DNA of 64,000 nucleotides from an uncultured virus (IMG/VR IMGVR_UViG_3300025598_000032) (IMGVR_UViG_3300025598_000032); one strand, 5' to 3'. Shown: positions 31,283-41,766, counted from the stretch's first letter. Made by a program: numbers and translations. Notes: generated from the sequence alone by a model not told the origin.

Positions 31283-31474
31283 ATGGAAAGAGAAGCAGAG
31301 CTAACAATTATGGCTTTACAACAACGTATTGGCGAGTTAGTTTCTAACTATGAAATGCAAATTGCATTACTTAGAGTAGAACTAACAAAATTTCAAGAAT
31401 CAATAGATAAGCAGAAAGCAGCAGATGAATATTCTCAAAGTCTTTCAGAAATCACAACCCAAGCAAACGCATAA
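31283..31474 (+). CDS. Hypothetical coiled-coil protein
   Basis: 63-aa ORF with RBS. Confidence 0.55.
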   Translation: MEREAELTIMALQQRIGELVSNYEMQIALLRVELTKFQESIDKQKAADEYSQSLSEITTQANA

Positions 31475-31823
31475 CCATAATCCTCTAGTGCCTAGTGGAT
31501 TAATTGCTCATACAGAAAAAGGATTTTTTTACATTAAAGGTAAAAAAAGATTTAAATTTGTTTCTGATAGAGCAATGTTGTCTTGGAATTTACCAGTTGT
31601 AACAACAAAAGAATCAATTATGATTTCATACATTACGGCGGGGACTTTAGGTTTTCGTGATGGAAGTTTGGTACAAGATATTTCAGATGGTAAAATATAT
31701 TTAATAAGCGATTCAAAACGCAGACATATTACAGATCCAGATGTGTTAGAATGGCTTGATAGTGAAATCATTAAGACTGGGCAAAAAGAAATTTTAGTCC
31801 ACGACGAAGGAGAAAAACTATAA
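31425..31823 (+). CDS. Hypothetical protein with two internal repeats
   Basis: GFFYIKGKKRFKF and GKIYLISDSKRRHI. Confidence 0.55.
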   Translation: MNILKVFQKSQPKQTHNHNPLVPSGLIAHTEKGFFYIKGKKRFKFVSDRAMLSWNLPVVTTKESIMISYITAGTLGFRDGSLVQDISDGKIYLISDSKRRHITDPDVLEWLDSEIIKTGQKEILVHDEGEKL

Positions 31824-31824
31824 C

Positions 31825-32085
31825 ATGTATACGCCTATCAAATCTTGGACAAAGAGAGATAGGAAAGTCACTAAAGAAGGATATGTTGTAGTTAAAGTTC
31901 CAGAGCATCCAAAAAATTTTAAAGGCTGGTATTATGAACACCGCCTTATAATTGAAAAAGAATTAAATAGAATAATTAATGATTGGGAAACAATCCATCA
32001 TATTAATGAAAATAAGATTGATAATAGATTAATCAATCTTTTTTTATGTTCAAGAGTTGAACATAATAAAGCACACGCTGCTTGA
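31825..32085 (+). CDS. HNH endonuclease (HNH_3-like)
   Basis: YEHRLIIE...IHHINENKIDNRLINL...EHNKAH. Confidence 0.85.
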   Translation: MYTPIKSWTKRDRKVTKEGYVVVKVPEHPKNFKGWYYEHRLIIEKELNRIINDWETIHHINENKIDNRLINLFLCSRVEHNKAHAA

Positions 32086-32111
32086 CAAAAAACAATAACC
32101 TGCGATACAAT
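32082..32111 (+). promoter_or_regulatory. Sigma70-type promoter
   Basis: TTGACA (32082)-18 nt-TACAAT (32106). Confidence 0.65.
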
Positions 32112-32136
32112 TAACTAAACCTAGACAAAGGATTAT

Positions 32137-32940
32137 ATGAGTAACGATTTAAAATGGATGCTATCATCTGATCAGCAATTCCCGTATCAAGATGACAAGG
32201 CCATCGAACTTTGGTTTAAGGTAATGAAATGGATGAAGCCAGACGTTGTAGATTATCTTGGCGATACAGATGACCAAGCGTGTTACAGCAAATATACCGA
32301 AGGACGTTCAGCAGAGTTTCTTCAACTTCACAAAAATGATAGCAAAGATCTTATTGTTCCTATGATGCGACATGAAGCAAAGGGTGCTAGAGATTTTTAT
32401 ACTAAGACTAGAGAGATTTTGCCTAATGCACAATTATTTTCAGCATTAGGAAACCACGATATTAGAATTTTTGATTACCTAGATAAAAAGCTACCAGAGT
32501 ATCTTCAAGATATTACACCAGAATCCCTATGGTCACTAGATTCACTTGGGTATGATTATATATATTATAACGAGTTGCCTAGACATCGTTTTGGAGACAT
32601 TCACGTACATCATGGCCTTTCAATTGCAGACACAGGTGCTGTAAGAAAAGATATTGATGATTTACAGATTTCATTGATCAGAGGACATTCACACAGAATT
32701 GCTTCACATTTCCAAACATATGAGTTGCCAGTTGCAACGGGCGGAAGAACAATTCGAGGATACGAAATTGGGCATATGTGTGATGAAAAGAGTGACGGCA
32801 TGAAGTACACTCAAAACCATAACTGGCAAAAGGGTTTCGCAGTCGCAACTATTGAGAATGGTAATCATCCTCACGTGCAGATTGTGGAAATTTCACCTAA
32901 CTACACTTGTGTAGTAGATGGAAAACTATTCTCTGTCTAA
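32137..32940 (+). CDS. Calcineurin-like metallophosphoesterase
   Basis: SDQQ, LGDTDD, LGNHD, HHG, GHSH motifs. Confidence 0.85.
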   Translation: MSNDLKWMLSSDQQFPYQDDKAIELWFKVMKWMKPDVVDYLGDTDDQACYSKYTEGRSAEFLQLHKNDSKDLIVPMMRHEAKGARDFYTKTREILPNAQLFSALGNHDIRIFDYLDKKLPEYLQDITPESLWSLDSLGYDYIYYNELPRHRFGDIHVHHGLSIADTGAVRKDIDDLQISLIRGHSHRIASHFQTYELPVATGGRTIRGYEIGHMCDEKSDGMKYTQNHNWQKGFAVATIENGNHPHVQIVEISPNYTCVVDGKLFSV

Positions 32941-33033
32941 TCAGAGAAACAGATGGAAAATTATATATAAGAGGGTTTCAAATCCCGCTTCATGTGAAGC
33001 CCCATCTGTCAACTAACTAATAGGAGAAAAAAA

Positions 33034-33216
33034 ATGAACGCAAAGCGTAAGGCTCTTGTAGAGCACTATGTATATGCAACTGCAGCAGCTGCAGTGGCAA
33101 TTTGGCAGGGTGGAAATCACGATGTCAAGAAGGTAGCATGGGCAGCACTTGTTGGTGTACTTGGTCCAGTTCTTAAGGCTACCGTTGACCACTTCAACAC
33201 TCCAGCAGCAAAGTAA
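33034..33216 (+). CDS. Small two-helix membrane protein (holin-like)
   Basis: YVYATAAAAVAIW and VAWAALVGVLGPVL; AGGAG RBS. Confidence 0.5.
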   Translation: MNAKRKALVEHYVYATAAAAVAIWQGGNHDVKKVAWAALVGVLGPVLKATVDHFNTPAAK

Positions 33217-33236
33217 GCTATAGATACAACTTAATA

Positions 33237-33422
33237 ATGCTTAATTGTCAAAAGTGCAAGGGTAGAGTATTCATTGATAGGGTTTATGCTATGAGCCTTA
33301 GAGTTGAGCTATTTTGCATTATGTGCGGTAAAAGGTGGATGGTCAGAAGAGAAAATAGGTTTGCAACATGGCTGGCAAAAAACGAGGAAATTCTTCAACA
33401 CGGCTACGCTATTTCTTCTTGA
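33237..33422 (+). CDS. Small zinc-ribbon protein
   Basis: CQKC...CIMC. Confidence 0.6.
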   Translation: MLNCQKCKGRVFIDRVYAMSLRVELFCIMCGKRWMVRRENRFATWLAKNEEILQHGYAISS

Positions 33423-33883
33423 ACAATAAACTTCACAAAGTTTTAAGACGTTCAAGGGCAGAAGACCTATTGATCGCATGGGACTACCAATTGGGAAAGC
33501 GTGTTGCTTATAGTTTAGCTGATGTTAATAAAAATAAGCAACATGCTTACCCTATATCAGAGGTAGTAAAAATCATTGGAAAACATGAAGATACAATTAA
33601 GATGCATTTGTACAGAGGTGATTTAAAGTATCCTCAAAGATGTTATTCGCTTAACGGTAATAAAACTCCAGGAAAATATTTTTGGAGTGAAGATGATATT
33701 AGAGCAATGCATGATTTTTTTAAAACAGTTCATAGAGGTAGACCTAGAATTGATGGCGGGGTTACTCCAGGAGATATGCCTTCAAGAGCAGAATTAGAAG
33801 CTTTAATGAAACAAGAAAACATTTTATATATTAAAAATAATGAGGGAGAATTTGTCCCAGTTTGGAAGGCACCTGAATGGTAA
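33368..33883 (+). CDS. Putative DNA-binding protein (HTH-like)
   Basis: YPISEVVKIIGKHEDTIKMHL; RGRPR. Confidence 0.5.
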   Translation: MAGKKRGNSSTRLRYFFLNNKLHKVLRRSRAEDLLIAWDYQLGKRVAYSLADVNKNKQHAYPISEVVKIIGKHEDTIKMHLYRGDLKYPQRCYSLNGNKTPGKYFWSEDDIRAMHDFFKTVHRGRPRIDGGVTPGDMPSRAELEALMKQENILYIKNNEGEFVPVWKAPEW

Positions 33884-34113
33884 ATCAAAAGTTAAATAAA
33901 GAATCAAAACATGTTCTTAATCAATCTTTAAAAGTACTAGAATACGCTATGGAGCTGGCTGGACAAAAAGAAGACCTTGATGCTATGATAGCTATATCAG
34001 ACAGGCTTATGATGTTATATCAACATTTATCAGAAGGTAATGTTAAGAAGTTTAAGCCAGGTTTTTCATTAGTTGAAAAGGAAGAAACAAATGAGCAATC
34101 AGACGAACATTAG
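33877..34113 (+). CDS. Hypothetical protein
   Basis: ORF in coupled operon. Confidence 0.5.
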   Translation: MVNQKLNKESKHVLNQSLKVLEYAMELAGQKEDLDAMIAISDRLMMLYQHLSEGNVKKFKPGFSLVEKEETNEQSDEH

Positions 34114-34309
34114 GGTTGAATTGCAGTTTACCAAAAATTTAGGTAATTATGAAAGCTTAAAGATTGGTATTGGAATTGAAGACTTTAAGCGTGAAGGTGA
34201 GTCAACTGATGAAGCAACAGATCGTGTATATGCATTTGTTGAAAATAAATTAATGCAAAAAGTAAGTGAAATTGAAGATGAGCTTAAATCTAGTAAGGGC
34301 AAAAAGTGA
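34091..34309 (+). CDS. Conserved-type phage hypothetical protein
   Basis: TKNLGNYESLKI motif; ATG at 34091 after AAGGA. Confidence 0.55.
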   Translation: MSNQTNIRVELQFTKNLGNYESLKIGIGIEDFKREGESTDEATDRVYAFVENKLMQKVSEIEDELKSSKGKK

Positions 34310-34638
34310 CAAAAGATGAGGCAAAATTAGCCTACGGCTTAGTTGGGCTGTATTGTACTTTGTACAAAGAAAATTATAAAAAGGTTCCAGTTGTAAACAA
34401 GTACCGTGAAAAGTGGGCTATGCAAGATGTTATTGATAGCGTAGGGTACGATAGGGCAAAGGTTTTACTTGAGTATTATTTTAAGGTGCCAAAAGCACCT
34501 CACACAATGCAATGGTTTTTTTATAATTTTGAAAAGTTAGATTTAACATTACAACAAGTTGAACAAGATAAAACTCGCAGAGAGCTTATCAGGTCCCGCA
34601 CCAAGGCTATGGTAGAAGAAAGAGACAATGAATACTGA
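34306..34638 (+). CDS. Hypothetical protein (possible helicase partner)
   Basis: Coupled directly upstream of the helicase. Confidence 0.5.
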   Translation: MTKDEAKLAYGLVGLYCTLYKENYKKVPVVNKYREKWAMQDVIDSVGYDRAKVLLEYYFKVPKAPHTMQWFFYNFEKLDLTLQQVEQDKTRRELIRSRTKAMVEERDNEY

Positions 34639-35854
34639 GTCAGCCGTAATTACAGCAATTTGTGAAAACAAAGATATCTCAACAGTAATGTCAAGCAATG
34701 TTGATGAAATTTTTACCTCTCATAGAGATGTTTGGGAAGGTCTTAAATCTTATTACTTAAAGTTTAAGGCTGTTCCAGATGTCTCTGTTTTAACAGAAAA
34801 ATTTAAAGATTTTGAGCCAGTTAAAGTAAAAGGTCAAACAGAATATTATCTAGATCAATTACGCAACGAATATCTTGCTTCACGTTTGCGTAACCTATTA
34901 CTTACCTCTGGAGCAAGTTTAAAAACAGAAGCCTCTGGCAGAGTTATTGCAAGTATGCAATCAGAACTCAGTTCTCTTGGCAAACTAACAGCAAACGTAA
35001 GAGATGTAGATTTAACTGATTATAAAGAAGCAGAAAAACATTTTCAAGCAATTAAAGATCGTTCAGATGCAATGGGCGGTAGCCCAGGAATTATGACAGG
35101 GTTTAAAGCTATTGACTACGCATACCCTACTGGAATGGCTCCAGGACACCTTATTGTTATGATTGGTTGGCCAGGTAAGGGTAAGACTTGGTTCTCCTCT
35201 TATTTAGCCTGCAAAGCTTGGGAACAGGGCTTTAAGCCAATGATTGTGTCACTTGAAATGACACCAGAAAATATGCGTGATCGTATTTATACAATGATGG
35301 GTTCGGGACTTTTTAAAGCTTCAGATTTTGCTAGAGGTGACATCAATATGGACCAATTTGATGACTGGGGTTCAAAAAAGTTTGCTGATAAAAATCAATT
35401 TATTTTAGTATCAAACGAAGGCATGGGAGAAGTTACTCCAAATGTTATTCAGGGAAAGATTGATCAATATAAGCCTGATATTGTAATTCTTGATTACCAT
35501 CAATTGTTTGCTGACAATCAAAATTCAAAAGGTCCTACAGAACGTAATATGAATATTTCTAAATCATTTAAAAAGTTGGCAATGTCTAACAACATTCCAA
35601 TTATTGATATTACTGCTGCAACTGCAGAAGAGGTAGCAGATCATGATTCTCCACCAATGTTAAGTCAGGTAGCTTGGTCTAAAGCAATTGAATATGATGC
35701 TGATATGGCTATGGCAATTCATAAAAATCCAGACTCAAATATTATGGAGATTGTAAGTAGAAAGAATCGTCACGGAACTGAGTTTGGATTGTATTTAGAT
35801 TGGGACTTAAACAGAGGTATTGTAAAAGAAGTTTATGACGTACCTATTGGTTAA
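34628..35854 (+). CDS. dnaB: DnaB-like replicative helicase
   Basis: GWPGKGKT Walker A, SLEM, IVILDY, AIEYDAD, KNRHG. Confidence 0.93.
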   Translation: MNTESAVITAICENKDISTVMSSNVDEIFTSHRDVWEGLKSYYLKFKAVPDVSVLTEKFKDFEPVKVKGQTEYYLDQLRNEYLASRLRNLLLTSGASLKTEASGRVIASMQSELSSLGKLTANVRDVDLTDYKEAEKHFQAIKDRSDAMGGSPGIMTGFKAIDYAYPTGMAPGHLIVMIGWPGKGKTWFSSYLACKAWEQGFKPMIVSLEMTPENMRDRIYTMMGSGLFKASDFARGDINMDQFDDWGSKKFADKNQFILVSNEGMGEVTPNVIQGKIDQYKPDIVILDYHQLFADNQNSKGPTERNMNISKSFKKLAMSNNIPIIDITAATAEEVADHDSPPMLSQVAWSKAIEYDADMAMAIHKNPDSNIMEIVSRKNRHGTEFGLYLDWDLNRGIVKEVYDVPIG

Positions 35855-35901
35855 TTTATGTAATCACTGATTAACTTGATATAATTAATTATCAAGAAAG
35901 A

Positions 35902-36195
35902 TTGGTGATCATGTACCCACGCAAGATACATGACTTTTGGATGAATGGAACCATTAAAGATGATTCTAAATTCCAAAGCTCAAGGGAGAACTATGAAAGA
36001 CTTTTGGTCCAGCAAATGCGAGACAAAGGTTATGTTCCTGTACTTGACATGCAACCACAATTTAATGTAAAATATAATGAAAGCAAAGATCACTACACTT
36101 TCAATCTTGTAATGTACGGCATTTACTTAGGTAAAGCCAAAGCTTTAAAGTACGAAGGGTTCTCTGGTCAGAGTTTAATATCTAAAGGAAAATAA
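35902..36195 (+). CDS. Hypothetical protein (start possibly 35911)
   Basis: ORF after TGATATAAT; abuts primase. Confidence 0.55.
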   Translation: MVIMYPRKIHDFWMNGTIKDDSKFQSSRENYERLLVQQMRDKGYVPVLDMQPQFNVKYNESKDHYTFNLVMYGIYLGKAKALKYEGFSGQSLISKGK

Positions 36196-37158
36196 ATGAC
36201 AGAAGCATACACTAAAGCGGATCTCCGCTCTATTTTGCATGCTTGCGGTATTGAAATTATTTATTTGGCGGGTACAGATTTTATGTGTCTTTGTCCATTT
36301 CATCACAATACAGATTCGCCAGCATTTGCAGTAAGCCATTCAAAAGGACTTTACATTTGTTATAATCAAATGTGTAATGCTGCAGGTACAATTTTAGATT
36401 TAGTTAAAAAATTAACTGAAAGAAATGATTACGAAGCCCTTAGATTTATATCTGCTAATAAGTTAACTTCAGCAGAGGTTCTAGAAGAAGAATTAAAAGA
36501 ATTGCTTGATGATAAACCAGAGTTTGTAGAGTATAGTCAAGGCGAGATTGACACTTTACATAACAATCTTATGCAATATATGACAGATGGAAAAAAATAC
36601 TTTTTATCCCGCAAAATTACCGAAGAAGCTATGGAACACTTTAAACTTGGATTTTCATATAAACAGGGCATGGTAACAGTTCCTCTTCATTCACCAGACG
36701 GAATTCCAGTAGGAATTATTGGCAGATCTATAGAAGGAAAAAGGTTTAAAAATAGTCATAATCTTCCACGCAATAAAACAATGTTTAATTTGCATAAAGC
36801 AAAGCGTGAAGGTGGCACAATTATTATTGTTGAATCTAGTTTTGATGCCATTCGTTTGTGGCAAGCGGGATTTCCAAATGCTGTAGCTACATTAGGCGGT
36901 AGCATATCAGATATTAATATACATAATTTAAATAAATATGCATCAACAGTTGTATTAATGATTGATAATGATGCAGCAGGCAGGTCGCTTGGTAATACAA
37001 TTGCTACTAAATTAAAGAATAAAAATGTATTGTGGGCAAGATATGACCATGACAAAGTATATCCTCATGATGCAAAAGATGTGGGCGATCTCACAGATGA
37101 AGAAATAAAAACATGCATAAAAAATGCTATTCCGCATTTTGAATATGCAAATATCTAG
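36196..37158 (+). CDS. dnaG: DNA primase (CHC2 zinc finger plus TOPRIM)
   Basis: CPFHHNTDSPAF...CYNQMC; IVESSFDA; DNDAAG. Confidence 0.92.
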   Translation: MTEAYTKADLRSILHACGIEIIYLAGTDFMCLCPFHHNTDSPAFAVSHSKGLYICYNQMCNAAGTILDLVKKLTERNDYEALRFISANKLTSAEVLEEELKELLDDKPEFVEYSQGEIDTLHNNLMQYMTDGKKYFLSRKITEEAMEHFKLGFSYKQGMVTVPLHSPDGIPVGIIGRSIEGKRFKNSHNLPRNKTMFNLHKAKREGGTIIIVESSFDAIRLWQAGFPNAVATLGGSISDINIHNLNKYASTVVLMIDNDAAGRSLGNTIATKLKNKNVLWARYDHDKVYPHDAKDVGDLTDEEIKTCIKNAIPHFEYANI

Positions 37159-37188
37159 TAGACAAAAGTCATACCCACGTGGTATACT
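37159..37188 (+). promoter_or_regulatory. Sigma70-type promoter
   Basis: TAGACA-18 nt-TATACT with extended TG. Confidence 0.6.
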
Positions 37189-37234
37189 AAAGTTACAGGG
37201 CATGATATAGCCCCTTACACAAGGAGAAATAAAT

Positions 37235-37915
37235 ATGGGAATCGTTAAAGGTTTAAATGCTTTAACAGAGCAAATGGAATCAAAGTCATCACATAGTGGT
37301 GAAACACAAAAGGGTAGATGGCTATCACTCAAAGATGGTCAATCTTTAAAAATTCGTTTCATGCAAGAACTAGATGCAGACTCAAAGAATTATGTTGAAA
37401 AAGCAGGACTAGCATTTATTGCAGTTGAACATACAAATCCAAAAGATTATAAGCGTAAAGCACTTTGCACAATTGAAGATCAAGGACGTTGCTTTGGCTG
37501 CGAACAACATCGTCGTGATCCAAAAGCTGGTTGGAAGGGTCGCTCACGTTTTTATGCAAACGTTCTTGTTGATGATGGTCAAGAGGAACCTTATGTTGCA
37601 ATCTTCTCTCAGGGTGCTGGCCCAAAGTCTGCAACACCTGAAATTATTAATTATGCAGGAGAGACTGGAAGCATCTCAAATCTTAACTGGAAGTTAAAGC
37701 GTACAGGTACTGCAACTGATACAAACTATTCAATTATTCCTTTGCCAACCGCAGATGTTGGACCAATTGATTTAGATAAGCATGAGCTGTTTGATCTTGA
37801 AAAGACAGCAGTTCGTGATGTACCTTATGCAGATCAAGAAGGATTCTATTTTGGAATTACTTCTGATTCATCTTCAGAGCCAGCAATGGCATCTTCCTCC
37901 GCCGTTGAGTGGTAA
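37235..37915 (+). CDS. Single-stranded DNA-binding protein (gp32-like)
   Basis: WLSLKDGQSLKIRF, Cys cluster, WKLKRTG, acidic/aromatic C-terminus; between primase and polymerase. Confidence 0.7.
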   Translation: MGIVKGLNALTEQMESKSSHSGETQKGRWLSLKDGQSLKIRFMQELDADSKNYVEKAGLAFIAVEHTNPKDYKRKALCTIEDQGRCFGCEQHRRDPKAGWKGRSRFYANVLVDDGQEEPYVAIFSQGAGPKSATPEIINYAGETGSISNLNWKLKRTGTATDTNYSIIPLPTADVGPIDLDKHELFDLEKTAVRDVPYADQEGFYFGITSDSSSEPAMASSSAVEW

Positions 37916-37940
37916 TTAACAACTAATAGAAAAGATAAAC

Positions 37941-40900
37941 ATGTCTGACTTTGTACATCTGCATGTCCACAGCCATTACTCCCTTATGGACGGACTTAAT
38001 ACTCCTCATGAATTACTTGAGGCTGCAAAACAACAAGGTCAGACTAGTTTAGCTATTACAGACCATGGAACTTTGTCATCTCACAGAGATATGCAAATCG
38101 CTGCCAAAGAATTAGGCATGAAGCCTATACTCGGTCTTGAAGCTTATATCTCAGCAACAGATCGTTTTGATAAAAGAGCGGTAGCCAAAAGAGATGACAA
38201 TACTTCCTTGTATAATCACATTATCCTTCTTGCTAAAAATGATGAGGGATTAAAGAATTTACAAAAGCTTTCTCAAATTGCATGGACTGAGGGATATTAC
38301 AATAAGCCACGTATTGACATGGAGGCTTTATTTGAGTTTGGTGACGGTATAATTGTAGTATCAGGCTGTATGAACGGTCTTATTTCTAAGGCAATTGAGC
38401 GTGGAGATAATGATAAAGCAAGAGAGTATGTAAAAACGTTTAAAGATCGTTTTAAAAAAGATTTTTACATTGAAGTTCAAGCACACAATCCTGAAAGTTT
38501 AAATACTGCCCTCCTTGCTCTGGCAGATGAATTTGAGGTGAAGCCAGTTGCTACAGGAGATTGTCATTTTGCAAAGAAAGAGGAGAGGGATTTGGAAGAA
38601 TTACTCCTCATCCTCTCAACCAAGCCTACGCAAAATAAAGATGCCGATTATGCAAGCGGTCGTCAACGATCTAATACTCTTGATCGCTTTGATCATATTT
38701 ATCCCGACCGCCCTATTAGTTTCGCTGATATTAACGTTTATATTCAATCCCGTTCTGAAATTGAAGTGGATTTTATCAAGGCGGGCTTTGAAAGAAAAGA
38801 CATCTATGAATCATCGGTAGAGATTGCGGGTAAGATTGAAGCTTATGATTTTCATGAGAATCTAGACTTACTTCCTGTACCAAAAAAGAATGCTTTAAAA
38901 ACATTAAAAGAAATGTGTGAAAAGTCTCTAATAGAAAAGGATTTGGACAATGAGACATACAGAGAAAGACTCCAAGAGGAGCTTCAAGTCATTGCTGACA
39001 AAAACTTTGCTAGTTACTTCCTTATTGTTGGCGATATGGTGGGCTGGGCAAAAGATAACAAAATCATGGTTGGACCAGGACGAGGATCCGCTGCTGGATC
39101 TCTAGTATGTTATTTAATGGGTATTACTGATGTAGACCCAATTAAATTTGACCTATTGTTTTTTCGCTTTATTAATCCAGAGCGTAATGACTTCCCAGAT
39201 ATTGATACGGACTTCATGGACCGTCGTCGTGGAGAAGTAAAAGAATATTTGCGTAAAAAGTTTAAGCATGTTGCCTCTATTTCTACATATACATATTTTA
39301 AAGATAAGGGCGTAATTCGTGACGTTGCTCGTGCATTTTTAATACCGCTAGGAGAAGTTAATAAAGCCCTAAAAGGTGTTGAAACATTTGAGGAATATGA
39401 GTCATCTCAAAGCACATCAGAGTTTAGAGCAAAATATCCAGAGGTAACTAAGTATGCCTCTATGCTACGTGGTAAAATTCGTGGAAATGGTATGCATGCA
39501 GCTGGAGTTGTAGTTGCAAAAGATGATATCAGCAAGTATGTCCCTATTGAAACTCGCAAAGATCCAGACGACTCTGTATCTGGACGTATACCTGTAGTTG
39601 CTTATGATATGGAGCAGACTGCTGACCTGGGACTAATTAAGCTTGACGTACTTGGTCTTAAAACACTTTCTGTTATTGATGATGCAGTTAATATTATTAA
39701 GACAAACAAGAAAAAAGATATAATTTTAAAAGACATACCGCTAGATGATAAGAATGTATTTGCTGATTTATCAAGCGGTTTTACAAAGGGTGTATTCCAA
39801 GCAGAAGCAACACCATACACAAATCTACTTATGAAGATGGGTGTCAGTACATTTGAAGACCTTGCAGCATCTAACGCTCTTGTTCGTCCAGGTGCAATGA
39901 ATACTGTAGGTGCTTCGTATATTAAGCGTAAGCGTGGCGATGAAATGATTACGTATGCACATCCAATTATGCAGGAGTTTACAAAGCGTACCTATGGTGT
40001 AATTATTTATCAAGAGCAGGTTATGCAGGCTTGTGTGTATTTGGGCGGGATGTCATGGGCTGATGCTGATAAGGTTAGAAAGATTATCGGAAAGAAAAAG
40101 GATGCGAGTGAGTTTGATGCGTATAAAGACCAATTTATCACGGGTGCTTCACAACATATTACTGTTGAGGATGCCACAAAGTTATGGCATGACTTTGAAG
40201 CTCATGCGGGATATTCGTTCAACCGTTCTCACGCAATTGCTTATTCTATGCTCAGTTATTATACTGCTTGGCTTAAGCATTATTACCCTATTGAATTTAT
40301 GTTTGCCATTCTTAAAAATGAAAAAGATAAAGATGCACGTACTGACTATTTGCTTGAAGCTAAGCGATTGGGAATCAAAGTATTGCTACCTCATGTTAAT
40401 GAATCTAGCCTTGACTTCAGCATACAAGGAAACGCATTAAGATTTGGTTTATCTAATATTAAATATATTTCAGATGGTATTGGTAGCAAAATTATCGGTG
40501 CAAGACCTTATGCTGACTATAAATCTTTCCTCTCTCACGCTATGGAAAAAGGCAGCGGTATTAATTCTCGTGCTGTTGACTCCCTTAACACAATTGGTGC
40601 TGCTGCATTTCCAGATAACAAACGCAAGGGAAATGAAAATGAAAATCTTTACGAATATCTTGGTATACCAAAATTTGATACAGGTAAATTAAGTCCCGCA
40701 ATTAAATCTCAAGTTAATCCGCTTGAAGAATTTTTAGAAGAAGGTTGCTACGTATTGCTTGCTATGGTTAAATCAATCAAAAAAGGTCAAGGTTGGAGCC
40801 GTGTAGAGCTTGTAGATGATACTGGGTCTATTGGTATATTCCATGCCGAAAATACAGAAATTGAAACAGGAATGATGTATTTCTTTTTAGTTGGTGACAA

Positions 40901-41216
40901 TAGAATTCATAAGTATGTTACAATTAACGAAGTGGTTGAAAAGTTAGATGACCCATTTGTTACATGGCTTTACAAAGATAAGTTAAAGATAGATAGTGGC
41001 AAAAGATTAGTGTTAGATTTTACACATTATAAAACAAAAGCCAACAAGATGATGGCACACATTATTCTTTCTGATTCTGATAAGAATTTAGAAAGAGTCA
41101 TTGCATTCCCAAAAATGTACACAACAGCACTTGGTAAAATGAAACCAGGAACTGTTTGTGATCCAGCAATTGCGAGAATGGACGACGGAACCCTATATGT
41201 TAAGGAGGTGATTTAA
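37941..41216 (+). CDS. dnaE: DNA polymerase III alpha subunit
   Basis: PHP HLHVHSHYSLMDG, GPGRGSAAGS, PDIDTDF, KLDVLGL, YSFNRSHA. Confidence 0.96.
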   Translation: MSDFVHLHVHSHYSLMDGLNTPHELLEAAKQQGQTSLAITDHGTLSSHRDMQIAAKELGMKPILGLEAYISATDRFDKRAVAKRDDNTSLYNHIILLAKNDEGLKNLQKLSQIAWTEGYYNKPRIDMEALFEFGDGIIVVSGCMNGLISKAIERGDNDKAREYVKTFKDRFKKDFYIEVQAHNPESLNTALLALADEFEVKPVATGDCHFAKKEERDLEELLLILSTKPTQNKDADYASGRQRSNTLDRFDHIYPDRPISFADINVYIQSRSEIEVDFIKAGFERKDIYESSVEIAGKIEAYDFHENLDLLPVPKKNALKTLKEMCEKSLIEKDLDNETYRERLQEELQVIADKNFASYFLIVGDMVGWAKDNKIMVGPGRGSAAGSLVCYLMGITDVDPIKFDLLFFRFINPERNDFPDIDTDFMDRRRGEVKEYLRKKFKHVASISTYTYFKDKGVIRDVARAFLIPLGEVNKALKGVETFEEYESSQSTSEFRAKYPEVTKYASMLRGKIRGNGMHAAGVVVAKDDISKYVPIETRKDPDDSVSGRIPVVAYDMEQTADLGLIKLDVLGLKTLSVIDDAVNIIKTNKKKDIILKDIPLDDKNVFADLSSGFTKGVFQAEATPYTNLLMKMGVSTFEDLAASNALVRPGAMNTVGASYIKRKRGDEMITYAHPIMQEFTKRTYGVIIYQEQVMQACVYLGGMSWADADKVRKIIGKKKDASEFDAYKDQFITGASQHITVEDATKLWHDFEAHAGYSFNRSHAIAYSMLSYYTAWLKHYYPIEFMFAILKNEKDKDARTDYLLEAKRLGIKVLLPHVNESSLDFSIQGNALRFGLSNIKYISDGIGSKIIGARPYADYKSFLSHAMEKGSGINSRAVDSLNTIGAAAFPDNKRKGNENENLYEYLGIPKFDTGKLSPAIKSQVNPLEEFLEEGCYVLLAMVKSIKKGQGWSRVELVDDTGSIGIFHAENTEIETGMMYFFLVGDNRIHKYVTINEVVEKLDDPFVTWLYKDKLKIDSGKRLVLDFTHYKTKANKMMAHIILSDSDKNLERVIAFPKMYTTALGKMKPGTVCDPAIARMDDGTLYVKEVI

Positions 41217-41217
41217 T

Positions 41218-41484
41218 ATGGCAGATGTAGAAGTAACAGGTACAGCACCAGAAGGCACACCAGCTGCAACAGTAAATGAAGAGTTAACAAACGTTCAGAT
41301 TACTCTTGAGCAGATTTGTGCATCAATTCTTAACCAGATCGGCACTACTGAGATTCCAGTAGCAGACGTTCTCAAGAATTATTCTGGAAAGACAATCCAA
41401 ATTCAGCATGATGATGAGAAGAATGTTCTTGTTTTTGCATTGGTAGACCTTCCAGCAACTGAAACTCCAGCAGAAAACGCTTAA
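41218..41484 (+). CDS. Hypothetical acidic protein
   Basis: AAGGAGGTG RBS. Confidence 0.6.
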   Translation: MADVEVTGTAPEGTPAATVNEELTNVQITLEQICASILNQIGTTEIPVADVLKNYSGKTIQIQHDDEKNVLVFALVDLPATETPAENA

Positions 41485-41505
41485 ACAAGGTATAATAGAT
41501 ATATT

Positions 41506-41766
41506 ATGTCCCAAGCGTACATACTGGCAGGAACAGAAAATGAATATCTTCTTGTGATTAGAATAGAAGATAAAAAATCAGTCTACAAAATTATTGATGA
41601 GTTATCTGAAAGTAAAGTTCTTTTTATACAAGAACTTGCTATTGAATTAGAAAAGAGTTTGCATGACGATGGTAACAGAAGAAATTCTAGCGAAGCTAGA
41701 CCCAAAAACAAGAGCAAGGCTGCAATTAGCAACAACAGTAAACGTAGAAAAACAAAAGACTCCTAG
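41506..41766 (+). CDS. Hypothetical protein overlapping recA start
   Basis: ORF after GGTATAAT; about 100-nt overlap. Confidence 0.4.
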   Translation: MSQAYILAGTENEYLLVIRIEDKKSVYKIIDELSESKVLFIQELAIELEKSLHDDGNRRNSSEARPKNKSKAAISNNSKRRKTKDS

